Source: Raillietiella orientalis (lineage: Eukaryota). Taken from it: a DNA stretch of 64,000 bases. Positions 12,601-24,600 of this stretch are shown one piece after another. Position 1 is the first letter of the stretch. The number at the start of each line of letters is the position of its first letter. Under the pieces are notes generated by a model. It saw only the letters and a list, made by a program, of their open reading frames with translations. It was not told the origin of the DNA and ran no database searches. The stretch lies in assembly GCA_036172245.1 (NCBI GenBank), contig JAYWIR010000014.1:4030001-4094000 (forward strand), read 5' to 3'. A program made the position numbers and the translations under genes.

Positions 12601-15600
12601 TGTGCCACCGAGCCGACGCGCGAAGAACCCCTCCCGGTGGATCGCGTGGCTGGCAGACGGCGCCTGCGAAAATCCGCTCCTGCCTCCGCAAACAACGACG
12701 CATTTCGCTCCTTGCGTTTTCGGTGCCATCGCGTGACGCGAACTGCGGAATGATGGAGGGTCAAAGATACACTGTAATCGCGAAATTGCAGGATGCAGAT
12801 TTCTGGATGCGGCCAAAAGTTTCGGATTTTGAGCGTAGACTCCCGCGTTCCCATCGATTTTCACTTGGCTCCGCGATGCAAAATAAATGCCGGATGAGAT
12901 TTAACTGTTACGGTATAACGGATTTGTCACGTAAATGCCTTGTAAATTTCCTCTGCACGGAAAGGGATGCACTAGAAGGAAGCTGGCTAGCGGAGGAAGC
13001 ACGCCGTATTTCCTTATTACCGAATCCGTTTCCATCCCGGCATTCTGTCATCGTGCACGTTGTTTTCACGTATCTTATGATGCTCGAAAAGCCCACTCTG
13101 TGAGTGAGCGGAAGGAAGAAATGATTTAATGGATTCGAACAACGGGCGCAGACTGCGAGGGCAAAGAAATTCGCAAACGCAGAGGACTCACGCAGCAGCC
13201 CAGCATGCCTGTGAGCCCTCAGCTCGCGCGTCGCTTGGGTTACGGGTCCACGAATTGGCGGGGAAAACGAATTCCCACACGGCTCGGCGCTCTGCATCCG
13301 TTTCCACCGACCACAGCAGCTTGCTCCCGTCTCTTCCTGCTCTTGTCGTTCGGAGTGGACGCACGCCGAATGCTTCCGTGGTGCGCTACGCCTTCGGCAG
13401 GTCCAGGGGTTTTCCGGGATTGAGATTTGAGCACTGATTGGGAACAACTTGTGCAGCGGTGCAGCCGGAAGTATTCCAGGATCCAAAAGTGACCCAGCTG
13501 CGTTTCTTTTGGTGGTGTTTGGGAGATTGCTCCTACGCGTGTACGGATTCAAGAAATTCTGTGCAAAAGCTGTTTGCCCCTTTAATCATAGATGTCTCCC
13601 ACTGCACCGAGAGAACCACCGAACTGCTGCATGGAGAGCAGCGGAGAACGGACGGTTCTGGTTTCAGGAACTACGATTCCTGGTTACATCCCAAGTTGAG
13701 TTTAAACTGTCTCGAGGACCATGAATAATCCCGCACATAAATCGGATTCACACACACACACAAAAAAAACTGCTTTTTTATACACTGGAACCTCGAGAAC
13801 CGGGCTGTAAAATGCGTTTTCTTCCGCTGTGCTGCGATCTACACATTCTGACTCGAGGCTTCCACGAACTGACCAGGAATCAGAAATAAACAACGAAGTA
13901 ACGAGTGAGCGGTGCAAAGTCAAACTTTCAACACCTTTCCGATTCATACGCTGACAGGACGTTAGACGCATCGTACACAAAAATCAGGAGTCACGTGACC
14001 CGCGGAGCGATCAGGATTCATGCGTGGCACCCTCGGGTTCAAAAAGGCGCAGAATGAAAGACGAAGTCTTTCGAGGTAACTGAATTCGGGTGGCCCTTTC
14101 GCAGCTTCAGCCAAAATCATCGAGCTGAAACCAAAAAATAACAATAATCATGATAATAGTTTTTAGTAACTGCACCAGTGATGCCTTACTAATGGCTGTT
14201 TGTCAGAACGACAGTCGTACAGCCAAGTAGAACCCAGAAGGCATATAGGAAACGCAGTGTCACCTTATAGATATCGTAAATTTAACATCTACAGGAAACA
14301 CACAGATTCCGCCATGCGAAGATTCCAGCTTGCGAGTCTCTCCGGTTTTTTTTTTTTTTTTTTCTTTTTTTTTAAAAAAAGGTGAGTGTGCTGGCTGGCT
14401 TCTGGCATGCGGACAGAACTTTCCCGGTGTGGGCTGCAGGCAGAAAAAACAGGAGGGACTGAAATAAAATGTGGGGCTGCAATGGGGAGTGCCTTATCCA
14501 TGGAATTCCCATCACCTGAAACTCAGGGGCCACTTCCTGATACGGGAAGGCGAGCCCTCTTTTGCTCCCCAAGCTCATGGGCGGACGCACGCAACCGAAA
14601 CCTAAGCCGTGACCACGCAGGGGTCATTCTGGTCGAAAAGGTGGGTCGACCGAACGGCAGAGAAGGCGGCGGGATGGGCAGCTCCATGCGCGGGGAAGGA
14701 CTGCTTGGTCAAGCACGACGGCCGCAGATCAGGGAAGCGTCAGCGGTCCCGCGAGACTGCTGCTCTCTCACGCCCGCCTGCTCCGCAGAGAGAGCAGATT
14801 CAGGAAGGTAAAGAGCCAACGGGTCTTCCGCATCGGACTCGCTACCATGACGACCGGACTCGCGATCGAGTGCGCGAGATCGACTAGGATGGACCGGTTT
14901 GCTCAAGAGACGGAAATGATCCCCACGACCGGAAATCTCTGCGCTGTTGGTCCTTCTCTTGGGAAGCAGAATGTTCCAAACAGCTTTGTAGGTCCACTCT
15001 GGGAGGGGGGGAAGGAGGGACGTTCCAGGGCAGAGGACTGTTTCCGCAGAATGAAAACTGCTCGGCATTTGAATCCCGCCCAGACTTCCAGGGACGGCTC
15101 CTCCCTCCTCCCATGTGACTCCTGTGGAGCGAACATCGCATCCTGTAGAAACGTCCCTGCTTGCGCCCATCCCGAGCGTACGGACGCGGGCGGCGGCCTG
15201 AGTCCGGAATTCCCGCCAGCCGCAGGGTGTTTCTTCCTTTTCACAGGAAGACAGGAACGCTCCTGGGCGCCTGCGTGAGGGACGCGAGCGTCCGGAGGGC
15301 ACTGCTTCGCCTCCTGAAGAACGCGGCGCGCCCGGCTCAGCACCGACGTGGGCGTAGGCTGTGTACGTAGGTATCCGCTCTGGCTCCATGTGACCGATGG
15401 GGGTCGCTGTCTGGCACGACAGGCGGTTCGTGAACTGGACCCCGCGACCTCTCCTTCGATCTGGGGCACCCAAACCGAGGAGCCCAGAGCCGGCAGAGTG
15501 GAGGTGCGCATCCTCTCCATGCGCGCAGTACGTATCGTACGATGCGATGTACAACGGCAGGACTCAAGAGGCAGCGCGGGTTTCCGTCATGCCAGAAGAT

Positions 15601-18600
15601 TGGATTCCCAGGATTGAAAGGCTGAAGGATTTCAATCCTGGGAAACCAAGGGTGGGAGTTGGGGGTGGTGACTTGTTTGCGAGAGGGCAAGGGGCTCGCT
15701 CACGCCGGACTGCCTTTGCCTAGCCGTAGCCATGGCAACAATCATCCAGCCGGGAGTAATCTGGAAGTGGGTGCCGATGTGGCGAAGATGCCCCATCGAG
15801 AGCAAGGCAGGACTGGATCCCAAACGAGACCATGGAACCGAAACTCCAAGCCTGAGCTGAGGTTACTGACGGGTCCCGGAGGTAACTTCAGCATGGCGAC
15901 CCATGACGACCTTCTCCTGAGAGGTCCTCCAAGCTATGTGAGGTCGGCGAAGACGAGCAGACGCTGGCAGCGAGCCCTCCGGGCTCACCACGCGCGGTCT
16001 GAACCACCTCGCTCAAGGGGATGTGCGTCAGCTGCTGCCCGAGAGCGCACGGGGTCGGGTAGACGCTTGGGGGTTCCCCGTCCCCCTTTCCCAGGCGACG
16101 ACGCCTTCCTGCAGCCAAGTCCGTCAAGGATGGACGGGTGCAGTGGGAGGATGGGGGGGAGGTGGCGTGCTCGTGCAATTGATCGAGGCCGCACGAGCCG
16201 GCTGTCTTGCCGCTGATCTCCCCCGCCCCGTCTCTCCTTCTGCCCTGCGTCCGCGTCCGCGCTTGGCATCATCCCACCAGCGCTGTCCCTCCACGACGAG
16301 GTCGGGTGTCCCTAGGACGTGTCGACGCGAGGTCTCCGGGCGAGCCCCCGGGACCAAGCGAAGTCGCATCGGCTTCCATCCGAGCCCTGGAGGAGTCCGG
16401 AATCCGAAGGTGAGATCCGAGATGGTCCAGGGAGGGTAGGGAGCTCGGCGGCGGAGAATCGCTCCGAGTCCCCCCCTCCTTTCTTCTCCCTTTTTGAGAA
16501 GGAAGAGATTGGTGGCCTCTCCTCTCTTCCTGCTGCGGAGGTGACCTCTCGTGACCTCAAGTGCCGCCACAGCGAGGTTGCTCTCGGAGAGAATGCCCGA
16601 GCGCCCCAGGCAAGATGAATGTGTCCCAGCATGACCGCGTCGGGCCGCAGCAGGTGCTAACGCTGCTGCGGGCTGAGTGAGCGACCGGAACACGCCTTGG
16701 CTGCGCTCCGTGGAACCGAGAACGGGAGCGGGACGGGAAGAGCGCGAGGGAGCGCTGGCAGCTCCCAATTCGGTCTGGGAATTCCGGGTCGACCACCTGG
16801 TCCTCTGCGCCCCCCCTCGAGAAGTCCGGAGGAAGGAAGTGGGAGGAAGTTTAATCTGCCCGCTCCCGACGTTCTCCGGCTTCCTCTCGGATCCGGCGCT
16901 GCCCTCGAGCTTCGGAGGGCCTTCCCAGGAAACCGGGCCCTCCGTCATCTCGCTTGACGAGCGCCCAGGTCTCAGAGGGAAGCACCGAATCCCGGAGTTT
17001 CCTCCTTTTCCCGGGAAGTTGATTGGCCACTCCTCCAATCCCCCCCTCCCCCCTGCACCGCACCAAGTCCCCGCGCGCTGTCTTTTCGGGAGGGGTGGAA
17101 CGTGAGCCATCTTTCCCCTCGTCCGGGAACTCCGTCAAAGCCTCTGCGGTCCACGAGTTCTCCGGAGCTCCGCTTCCGGCGTGAATACCGTGAACGTCTC
17201 GAGGGCGGATGTTTTTGAGAGCCCGAAATCCCTGGATTGGTGCCCGGCGCCTTGCGTGCGGCACGTCGCTGTCACGAGGAGGTCATCCTCCCCCCCCTTC
17301 ACCTCCCTTCCCCACGGCTCGCGCGCCCTCTCTCTCCCCCCTCCTCTTCTCGCTGGGGATGCACCTGATTGCGGTCACGTGGTACGCGCGCGCGTACCAG
17401 GGCTCCTCACGAGCTCTTCTCCCCGGAAACGCAACCCGGCGACCGACCGCATGCGACGCTGTCTCCATTCATCCGTGCGAGCCGATGACGACGAACAGGA
17501 GCGGGTGGGGGGTCGCCGAAGTGGATTGGCCGTGGGAGAGTAGGAGGAGGAGGCAGCCCAGCCTCTCGGCTGCGAGAGCGGAATCGTCTCTTCGGTTGCC
17601 GGCCAGGAAAGGAGGAAGGTGGCGCGAAGCCTAGATAGCGGCGACTGCTACAGCGAGCTGTCCTCTCGCTCGCAGCACTCGAGAGGCCCTTGCTGGGAGG
17701 TCACCCTGGAACCGGGCTTCCCCTGCCCGGCGGAACGCTCTGCTCGGTTTCCTCCCCGGCGCCACGCGAGTCACCGCGCTCAGGCGCGTCTGAACCCTGC
17801 GCCGGGATTTCGGGATGCCTGGAGCGGCGAATCCGGACGCGTACCTTCAAGTCCAGGTGGACGATGCTCCTGCGGTGCATGAACTCCATGGCCTCGCAGA
17901 TCTGGCAGGTGAACATGGCGCAGGCCTTCTCCGTGAGGATGAAATCGTCATCGATGACTCTTTCGAAGAGTTCGCCTCCCTGGATGCTGCAAGGAGAGAA
18001 CGCCTCACGTAGGGGACGAAAAGGGGACGCTGCTAAATCGAGGAGGACTCGCGCCCCGGTCCGGGGACGGCCGGGGTCTGTCAACACTCTCCGGCCGCTC
18101 CCGTGGAATCGGGAAGGAGGGTGAGTTGGCGTGGTGTCGAGCGCGTGGATTCTGGCGCGAAAACCGACGGCGCACAAACGAGAGAGACGGCCAACCCCAC
18201 CACTTTATGTGACCTCCCTCTCCCCTCATCCCCCAAACGAGGTGCGGTCCGGAAGGTTCCGCCGTCGCATGGGTCTTCCACGTGGGCGAGGGCCGGCGGT
18301 GGTGGGGCTCTTTCGAAAGGGTGGATGCGGGGAGGCCTACGCAGATGAAAAGCGTCGAATCGAATCCACGGAAGCCCGGCCCTCGGCGACGGGGACCGAG
18401 TTATCACCCTCGCGCCACGAGGCAAGTTTGTTGACCTCCTTCGCAGCTCAGAGTCCGTGAGCTTCCGGTGCCGGGTCTGCGCGCAAACGGCTGCTTAGGC
18501 AAAGGGCAAAAGCGCCACTGGCTACTTTGAGCGATCGGTGGCATGACGCGAAAGGCACCGCGCTCTGAACTTTCAGATCGGAGGCGGCAATATTCGGGGC

Positions 18601-21600
18601 AATTGGTGGTGGTGGAAAGTTTCTCCGCGGGCGCTCACTGCCCGGGGCAACTCTGCCCGAGTCATCTTTCCCCGTCTTTTTCCATCAGCAATCTATTCGG
18701 CCTGCCTTCACAACACTCTTCAGGCGAACCCAATCTTACAGAAGGTGTCTTTAAGCATCGATCGAGAGACGAAAAGACGGTCCACCGGAAAACGGTCGCA
18801 GCATCAGAGGAGAGCTCATGGCATGAATGGATTCAGCCAGCTCACAATGCCAGCCATCCCCTTAAATGGAAATGGCGCCGAGCTCCTCGAAAATGGACTC
18901 CTGTGGACGACGATCTGACTTCGTCCGGCAGTAGAACATGTGACTAAGGCAACCGTAAACGGATTGGATCAAAGCGTGCTCGCGGGCGTGGCTCAATGCT
19001 CCACTTGCAAAACGCAAAATCGAACTCGCCCAAGACAAATCGTCTCCCATGCGGTAGCTACCAACTGCTTCGATACGCCTCCATCAAACCCGCTCAAAGC
19101 ACAAGGTCCTTTGCAAAAACTCTCGGGCAATAAGCGGCAGGACCCATGCGGAATCCAAAAAACGAACCGGGGAGCACACGACGCTTGTCCCTTGCGGTTC
19201 CCTGGAAATGATGGAAACCAACCCAGGGCACTAATTGCTGCTACTCCCTCCTAATGTGACCACTATTAGGGATGGGGTCTCCGCCGTGCCCACGCGCTCT
19301 TTCACTCCAGGAGCTCCTATTATTCCTCAGAAACAGGTAGATTCCATTATGCTCTAATGGAGTTTCACGGTTCCGTTTGCTGTTTTTCGGAAGTTGAGCC
19401 CGGGATTACCGCAGGGATGCTCCCGTTTGGGCACTGCGCTGGCTTCCAGCTCCACAAATCGGTGAAGCTGCTCAGAGGGTTCGCGCCGAAGGAGAAAACG
19501 GCAGAACCCCCACAGCACGCTCAGTGGGAATGCAGCTCGGTCCGGAGTCACGGATGATGGGCGGTCCCATGGACCTATCTGACCCATCCCACCCATTCGA
19601 ATCCATCCGACGAGTTAAACGTCCTCATCCACCCCCACACGACGAGGAGCGCGTCTGAAGTGTACGGCAGGCTGCTTTACGACAGTTGACGAGGGCGGAG
19701 ATTCCACCAGGCACTTCCCCTTCAGGACAGTGCGAGTTTAAGAAACCCGTCCCGGGCCCCTGGAGCAGGGTAATCTCTGGTCGTGGGATGGCCATCGCTG
19801 TGGACACGGCCTTGAAATCTCCAAAGCTGCGAGCAATGGAACGAACTGTAGGGTGGTGGTCGTCTTAATAATCTCTCTCTGTGGGAAAGTGGCTGTTTTT
19901 CTAGATCTGGAGAGTGGAATCTAATCTAAGGGCGAAGAAGGGGACACAATACGGCCTCTTGTTAGGTTAAGAGCTGCTGCTGCTCTCGCTCGATGCAAAT
20001 GAATGTGGGCCTTCTTTTTTAGAGAAGCACTCAGACAGACAGTCTGGCAACCACATGGACCTGCATCCAGGTCCTCCTCGTAGATTTGCTCAGTTCTTCT
20101 ACCGAGAGATGGGTGACCAGGCGGCCGCAAGATGTCCGGTTGCACTTTTCCAATCGATCACTCTTAAATTAGAGACCTGGTCTGCCTCATCTGCCACCAA
20201 AGCTACGCTCTCAAACCGCAGTTTCGGTGAACCTGCGTGGGAACGCTCCATGAGTTCCAGAAACTCCAAGCCCGATGCAGGAGTTTGCATGCAATGAAGG
20301 CTCGGTACGTCCTTCCATTCATCAGAGCGCAAAGACGGATTATCAAGGTGTGCAAGCATTCCGTAGTTTATGGCTGCACCAAAGGTCAGAATCCAAAGAA
20401 ACATCAATCAAATGGTCTAGATGAAAGGCAGGACCAACCTTCAGCTGAAAGAAGGGCGGCTGACATGCATGCAATGACGTGGATTCAGAATCAGTCAGCC
20501 GTATGCGGACCATCGTGCTTACTTCTGAGAGCTTCAGGCTGGGCAATGCCGAGCTTCTATGTCCCTTTTCGTGGGCTCAGGTAGTCCTGTTCAAAGCCTG
20601 CCTTTCTCTATTCCCAGCGGGAGAGTTTGCTGTGACGCACGGGAGAGAAACCGTCACCGGAAGAAAACTCGACATCAGTCATTTGCCAGCTCATCCCGAG
20701 ATCGCGTTAGTCGAGAACTCCTTTCTCGAAACCATTCCTCGCTCTCGTGCCTGTCTCTTCTCCATCACAGCAAGCAGATGAAAGATGCGATTAGCTCCTC
20801 TTACAGCCGTCCGCAGCAGCCAGACGAGCGGCGATCTCTCAAGTCCCCTTTCATCCGTATACTTAAGAACGTTTCCAGCTGCACAACAGGGGAAGCACAG
20901 CCAGTCGTTTCCGGTGAAGAGCAGGAAGACAAGGAATGCGCCAATACCGAGGAAAAGGCTGCAGCCTCATGCGCCTCAGAAAACATCTTCAGGTCGAAAG
21001 GCTATTTGCGTTTCAGGTTGCTTAGGAGAAGTTGTCCGTTTGATTACCCCTTCGGGGGAAAAGTTCCTGAGTTCGGTTCCAGGTACGCAGCAATGAGAAA
21101 CTTATAGTCAGCGACTCCACTGAATTTGTCCAGTCGAAATAAAGCGTCAGAACAAATGGAATTCTAGTGAACACCCTGTCTTCCCCCCGCCCCCAACGGA
21201 CGGAGCTAAGAGCGGCGCAGAAATCTCCCAGTTACGTCTGGACGCGATCACTGGCCAGAGAGCTTCGGGAGTTGGCCGCCCACGTTGCCCTCGAGGTCCG
21301 CATTTTGACTCCATCGAGCGGTCGCCTTCCCACCAGACTTCTCGCTCTGGGGTAATAAAAATTGCTGTATTGAAGGGAAAGCCGTGGGGTGCTGACCAGG
21401 CCTTCGGTTGGAGTTTAAGGGAATCCAAAGGAAGGCTGCACGGAATGTTCACGTGACGTATACATTGTGCGCAGAAAAGAAATGGCTCTCATAATGAATC
21501 AGGTCGGACAGAGTTACTGCAAGGTGCTGAAAAATCTCTGAGGACTTTGAGCATGAGCATCCACTCCTTCGGAGTAAAGGAGAAAGACAGAATGATCCCA

Positions 21601-24600
21601 AGTGATGGCCACTTGTGAAGGATCTCCTGAAAAATTGCCATCATTCTTGGGATTCACACGGTCGATCAAGCATGCACTGTCCATGAAGACTGAAATTATG
21701 GGAGACGGAAGCTTTCTGTACAAGCGGTACTCTGTACGAGAAACAAGAAGCGTTTTAGTCTCAGTGACCAATCGAAATAACGACAACTCACAACGAAACG
21801 ATTCAGGAAGGAAGTTCTGGGTTGCCAGAGCATTCCGTACAAAGTGGCTCCTCTCTCTTGTCAAGAACGAGGGCCTTCGCTTTTGTATTCAAACGGCAGC
21901 TCCCTTAAAAAGACGAGAAAGAGCTCGACGGGGATTCTGCAAGAACGCCTGCAAGGGCGAGGCGAGAGCGGAGCTGCGAGATTGGTCTTCACTACGATAT
22001 CGCAGACCCGGAGGCCAGCGTGAAACGAACTGGGTTTCTAGACCGGAAGTATAAACCGAGAAATCTCAAGGGAGTGGACGAAAGTTACGTTTTGTCGGAT
22101 TTGTGGACGAAAGCAAAGAGATAATATACGCACAGCTCCAGAATCATGCATACTTCTCCTGGTCCATTGTCGAAAGCGTCGTACAGTTGCAGGATCTGAG
22201 GGTGGTGCAGGCAATTCATGATCTCTATTTCGCGCTCCACATTTCTTTTGTCTTCCTTCTTCGGAGTGGGCAGGAATTTCGCGGCGAAGTGGCTACCCGT
22301 GGCCTTCTCGTGGCACTTGCGGACGATGCCAAACTTTCCTCTGAAGAAGAGAGAAGCGTCATCTAACCATTCGGACTGCTGACTCGGAAGGAAGTGCAGC
22401 CTTTTTTTGCGGAAAGAATGCATCTGCGCGCCGGCTTCACGGAGGGATGTTCTCCCAAAACATGCAAGGCTCGGGGGAACGCGCACGCATCCAGGCGCGT
22501 GAACACCGTGGTCATGTGGCTCTCCGTGACCTCGTGTGGTCGCACTGGCATCCCAGGAGCGCGCGTGTCCCTGTAGTCCATGTGGAATGGTAGCACGGAT
22601 GTTCGAGCAGGCGCGCTCGCAGTCCCCTCTAAAGACATTCCGGGAGATGGTCACCAGCAGGTTGAGAGGCTGCCGTGCGAGGGCGGGCAGCTGTCGCGAG
22701 AACAAACAGGCGTTTGCTCTGTTCCTCCGAGTGACCACTGCTTTGCTCCGGATCTGCAGAGATGACCCTGCGTTTAAGCAGAATTTACGAGGGCGGCACG
22801 AGAGTGCCCTAAAATTCGTGGAAGTAGACGGTGGGCACGCGTCCAATCCTTTCACATGTACACATGACAGCTCATACGCGCCTGCGCATACCTCCCACGG
22901 GATGCGTATTCAGAGCACAAGTAATCTGAAGCATGCGTCCTGTGCACAGGTTTCACGCACACGCGCGCGCGCGTCAACGTGGAGACGGAAGGATAATTGC
23001 ACAGGCTCCTTGAAGGATGCAGAAGCACGATGGGACCAATTCATTGAGAAGATCGCGTCTTTTCCCATCTTCAGGAGCACTGAGCGCCGCCTTTCGTCTC
23101 TCTGAGGATGCCTCACGAGGACCATAGAGTTCTCTCCCACGGGGATGCACTGCAGACTGTTTTGGGGAGGTTACCAAACTTTTTCCCTGCCTTTCAATTT
23201 TGGTTTCTCTTTCCTTCGTTTCCTTGACGACGACGAGAGGATTTTCAGTTCGTGTCAGGTTCTCAATTAAGCATGGAAACGAGACCGTTAACAAAGGGAA
23301 GGAAATATTGGGTTTCAAGGAGGCAGAAACGAGGTCCTCACGCTTTCTTTTCTTTCCTCCCTGGCAACGGAGGGAGGTGCATTGCTACCGTGTTGCGCGT
23401 TTTCAGGCACGATGGAGCACAGGGAAGGAAGGTGAGCGGTGGCATCTTCTGCAGCCTCGTTCTTCACCGTTCTTTTCTATTCTTTGAGTCTGCTCGGCGA
23501 GTCAGTCCACCCCGTGAAGGCGATGGCCGATCTGCTGACGGAGGGATTCGCGACCCGGAAGAAGGAAATGATTGCCTTCGTCTCAGAATATCCCATCCTC
23601 ACTTTCCGAGATGGGACGCAGCTTTTAAGGAGACTCAGCTTTTACAGCAGGACTTTCCGGGGTGCACCCTAAGGGATAAGAGCGCCTCCAGAAGGGATGA
23701 GGGGGGGGAGAGAAAGTGGGGTTTCGGGATGCTGGAGACCTGTCTTGGAATCCGATCCTCGTGCGCTGCCATCTAAACGTGAGTGGAGGAAGCTCCGAAC
23801 GATGCATTAGGGCGCAGGCCAATGGGCGGCGGTTGCGCAAGCGGTTCGAAAATAGGTGCAAGAATTTTTCGTATCTTTTTGTTTACCTGCCAAGCTCTTC
23901 AGCCATCTCGTAGAAATCACCAACATTCACTTCTTTCCTAATGGCCACATCTCTGTAGGGAAATGACAATGGCGTCTCTAAATTGAAGAGAAAAAGAAAA
24001 AAGCTCAGCTGTGAGTGGATGCCAAGTGAGGAGGAGAAGACACCTCATAGGGAGTACATCCTTTGGACAGCACTCATACCTCCCAGAAAACGATTACAAG
24101 AATTCCTGCGAACCGCAACAGGAGATCGTCGTCCCGCCCTCTGAAGGAACAGCAGCAGGAAGCAGTTCCTGCCGCCATTCAGGAAGAGAAGCAACACTCG
24201 TGGTAGACTCTTTTGTTTCATGGCTTTTGGTAGCAGCACCATGGATACCAACTACTTGCTGGATCCACGTTTTCGACTCCCGACAGTCACACTCGAAACC
24301 TCCCTCATCGTAAAGGCTGCCATGGTCACCCCTCGCACCTCCGCGCGCTCCCGTGCATGTCGCTTGCCCCAACTGCACACGTTGGACCACGGATCAGCGA
24401 AATAGAAGTGGAGAGGGCGGAGCATCCCTCTGCTTCTCATGCGATTCCTCTATTCCGTCAGCTTACTCGCCAGCACCGACTGATTTCGACGTCGCGAGGG
24501 ATGCATTTGCTCCTCCCCCTCAAGGCGGGTGTGACTTTTGGTTCGGACGTGCTGCCGTTAGGCGGCTTTCCCTGAGCGGAGTTCTCACGTGTCCGGCTGC

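Noticed and set aside
16870..16957. Macro-domain-like or P-element-like reading (LGSGAALELRRAF) of the inverted repeat
   Set aside because: Short chance resemblance; the opposite strand gives a longer ordered series of non-LTR thumb/endonuclease motifs.
24045..24251. Alternative first coding exon using the phase-1 donor G|GTATGA near 24079
   Set aside because: Phase-compatible with exon 2, but the peptide has no MLCK resemblance, whereas 30403-30436 supplies the family-typical N-terminus.
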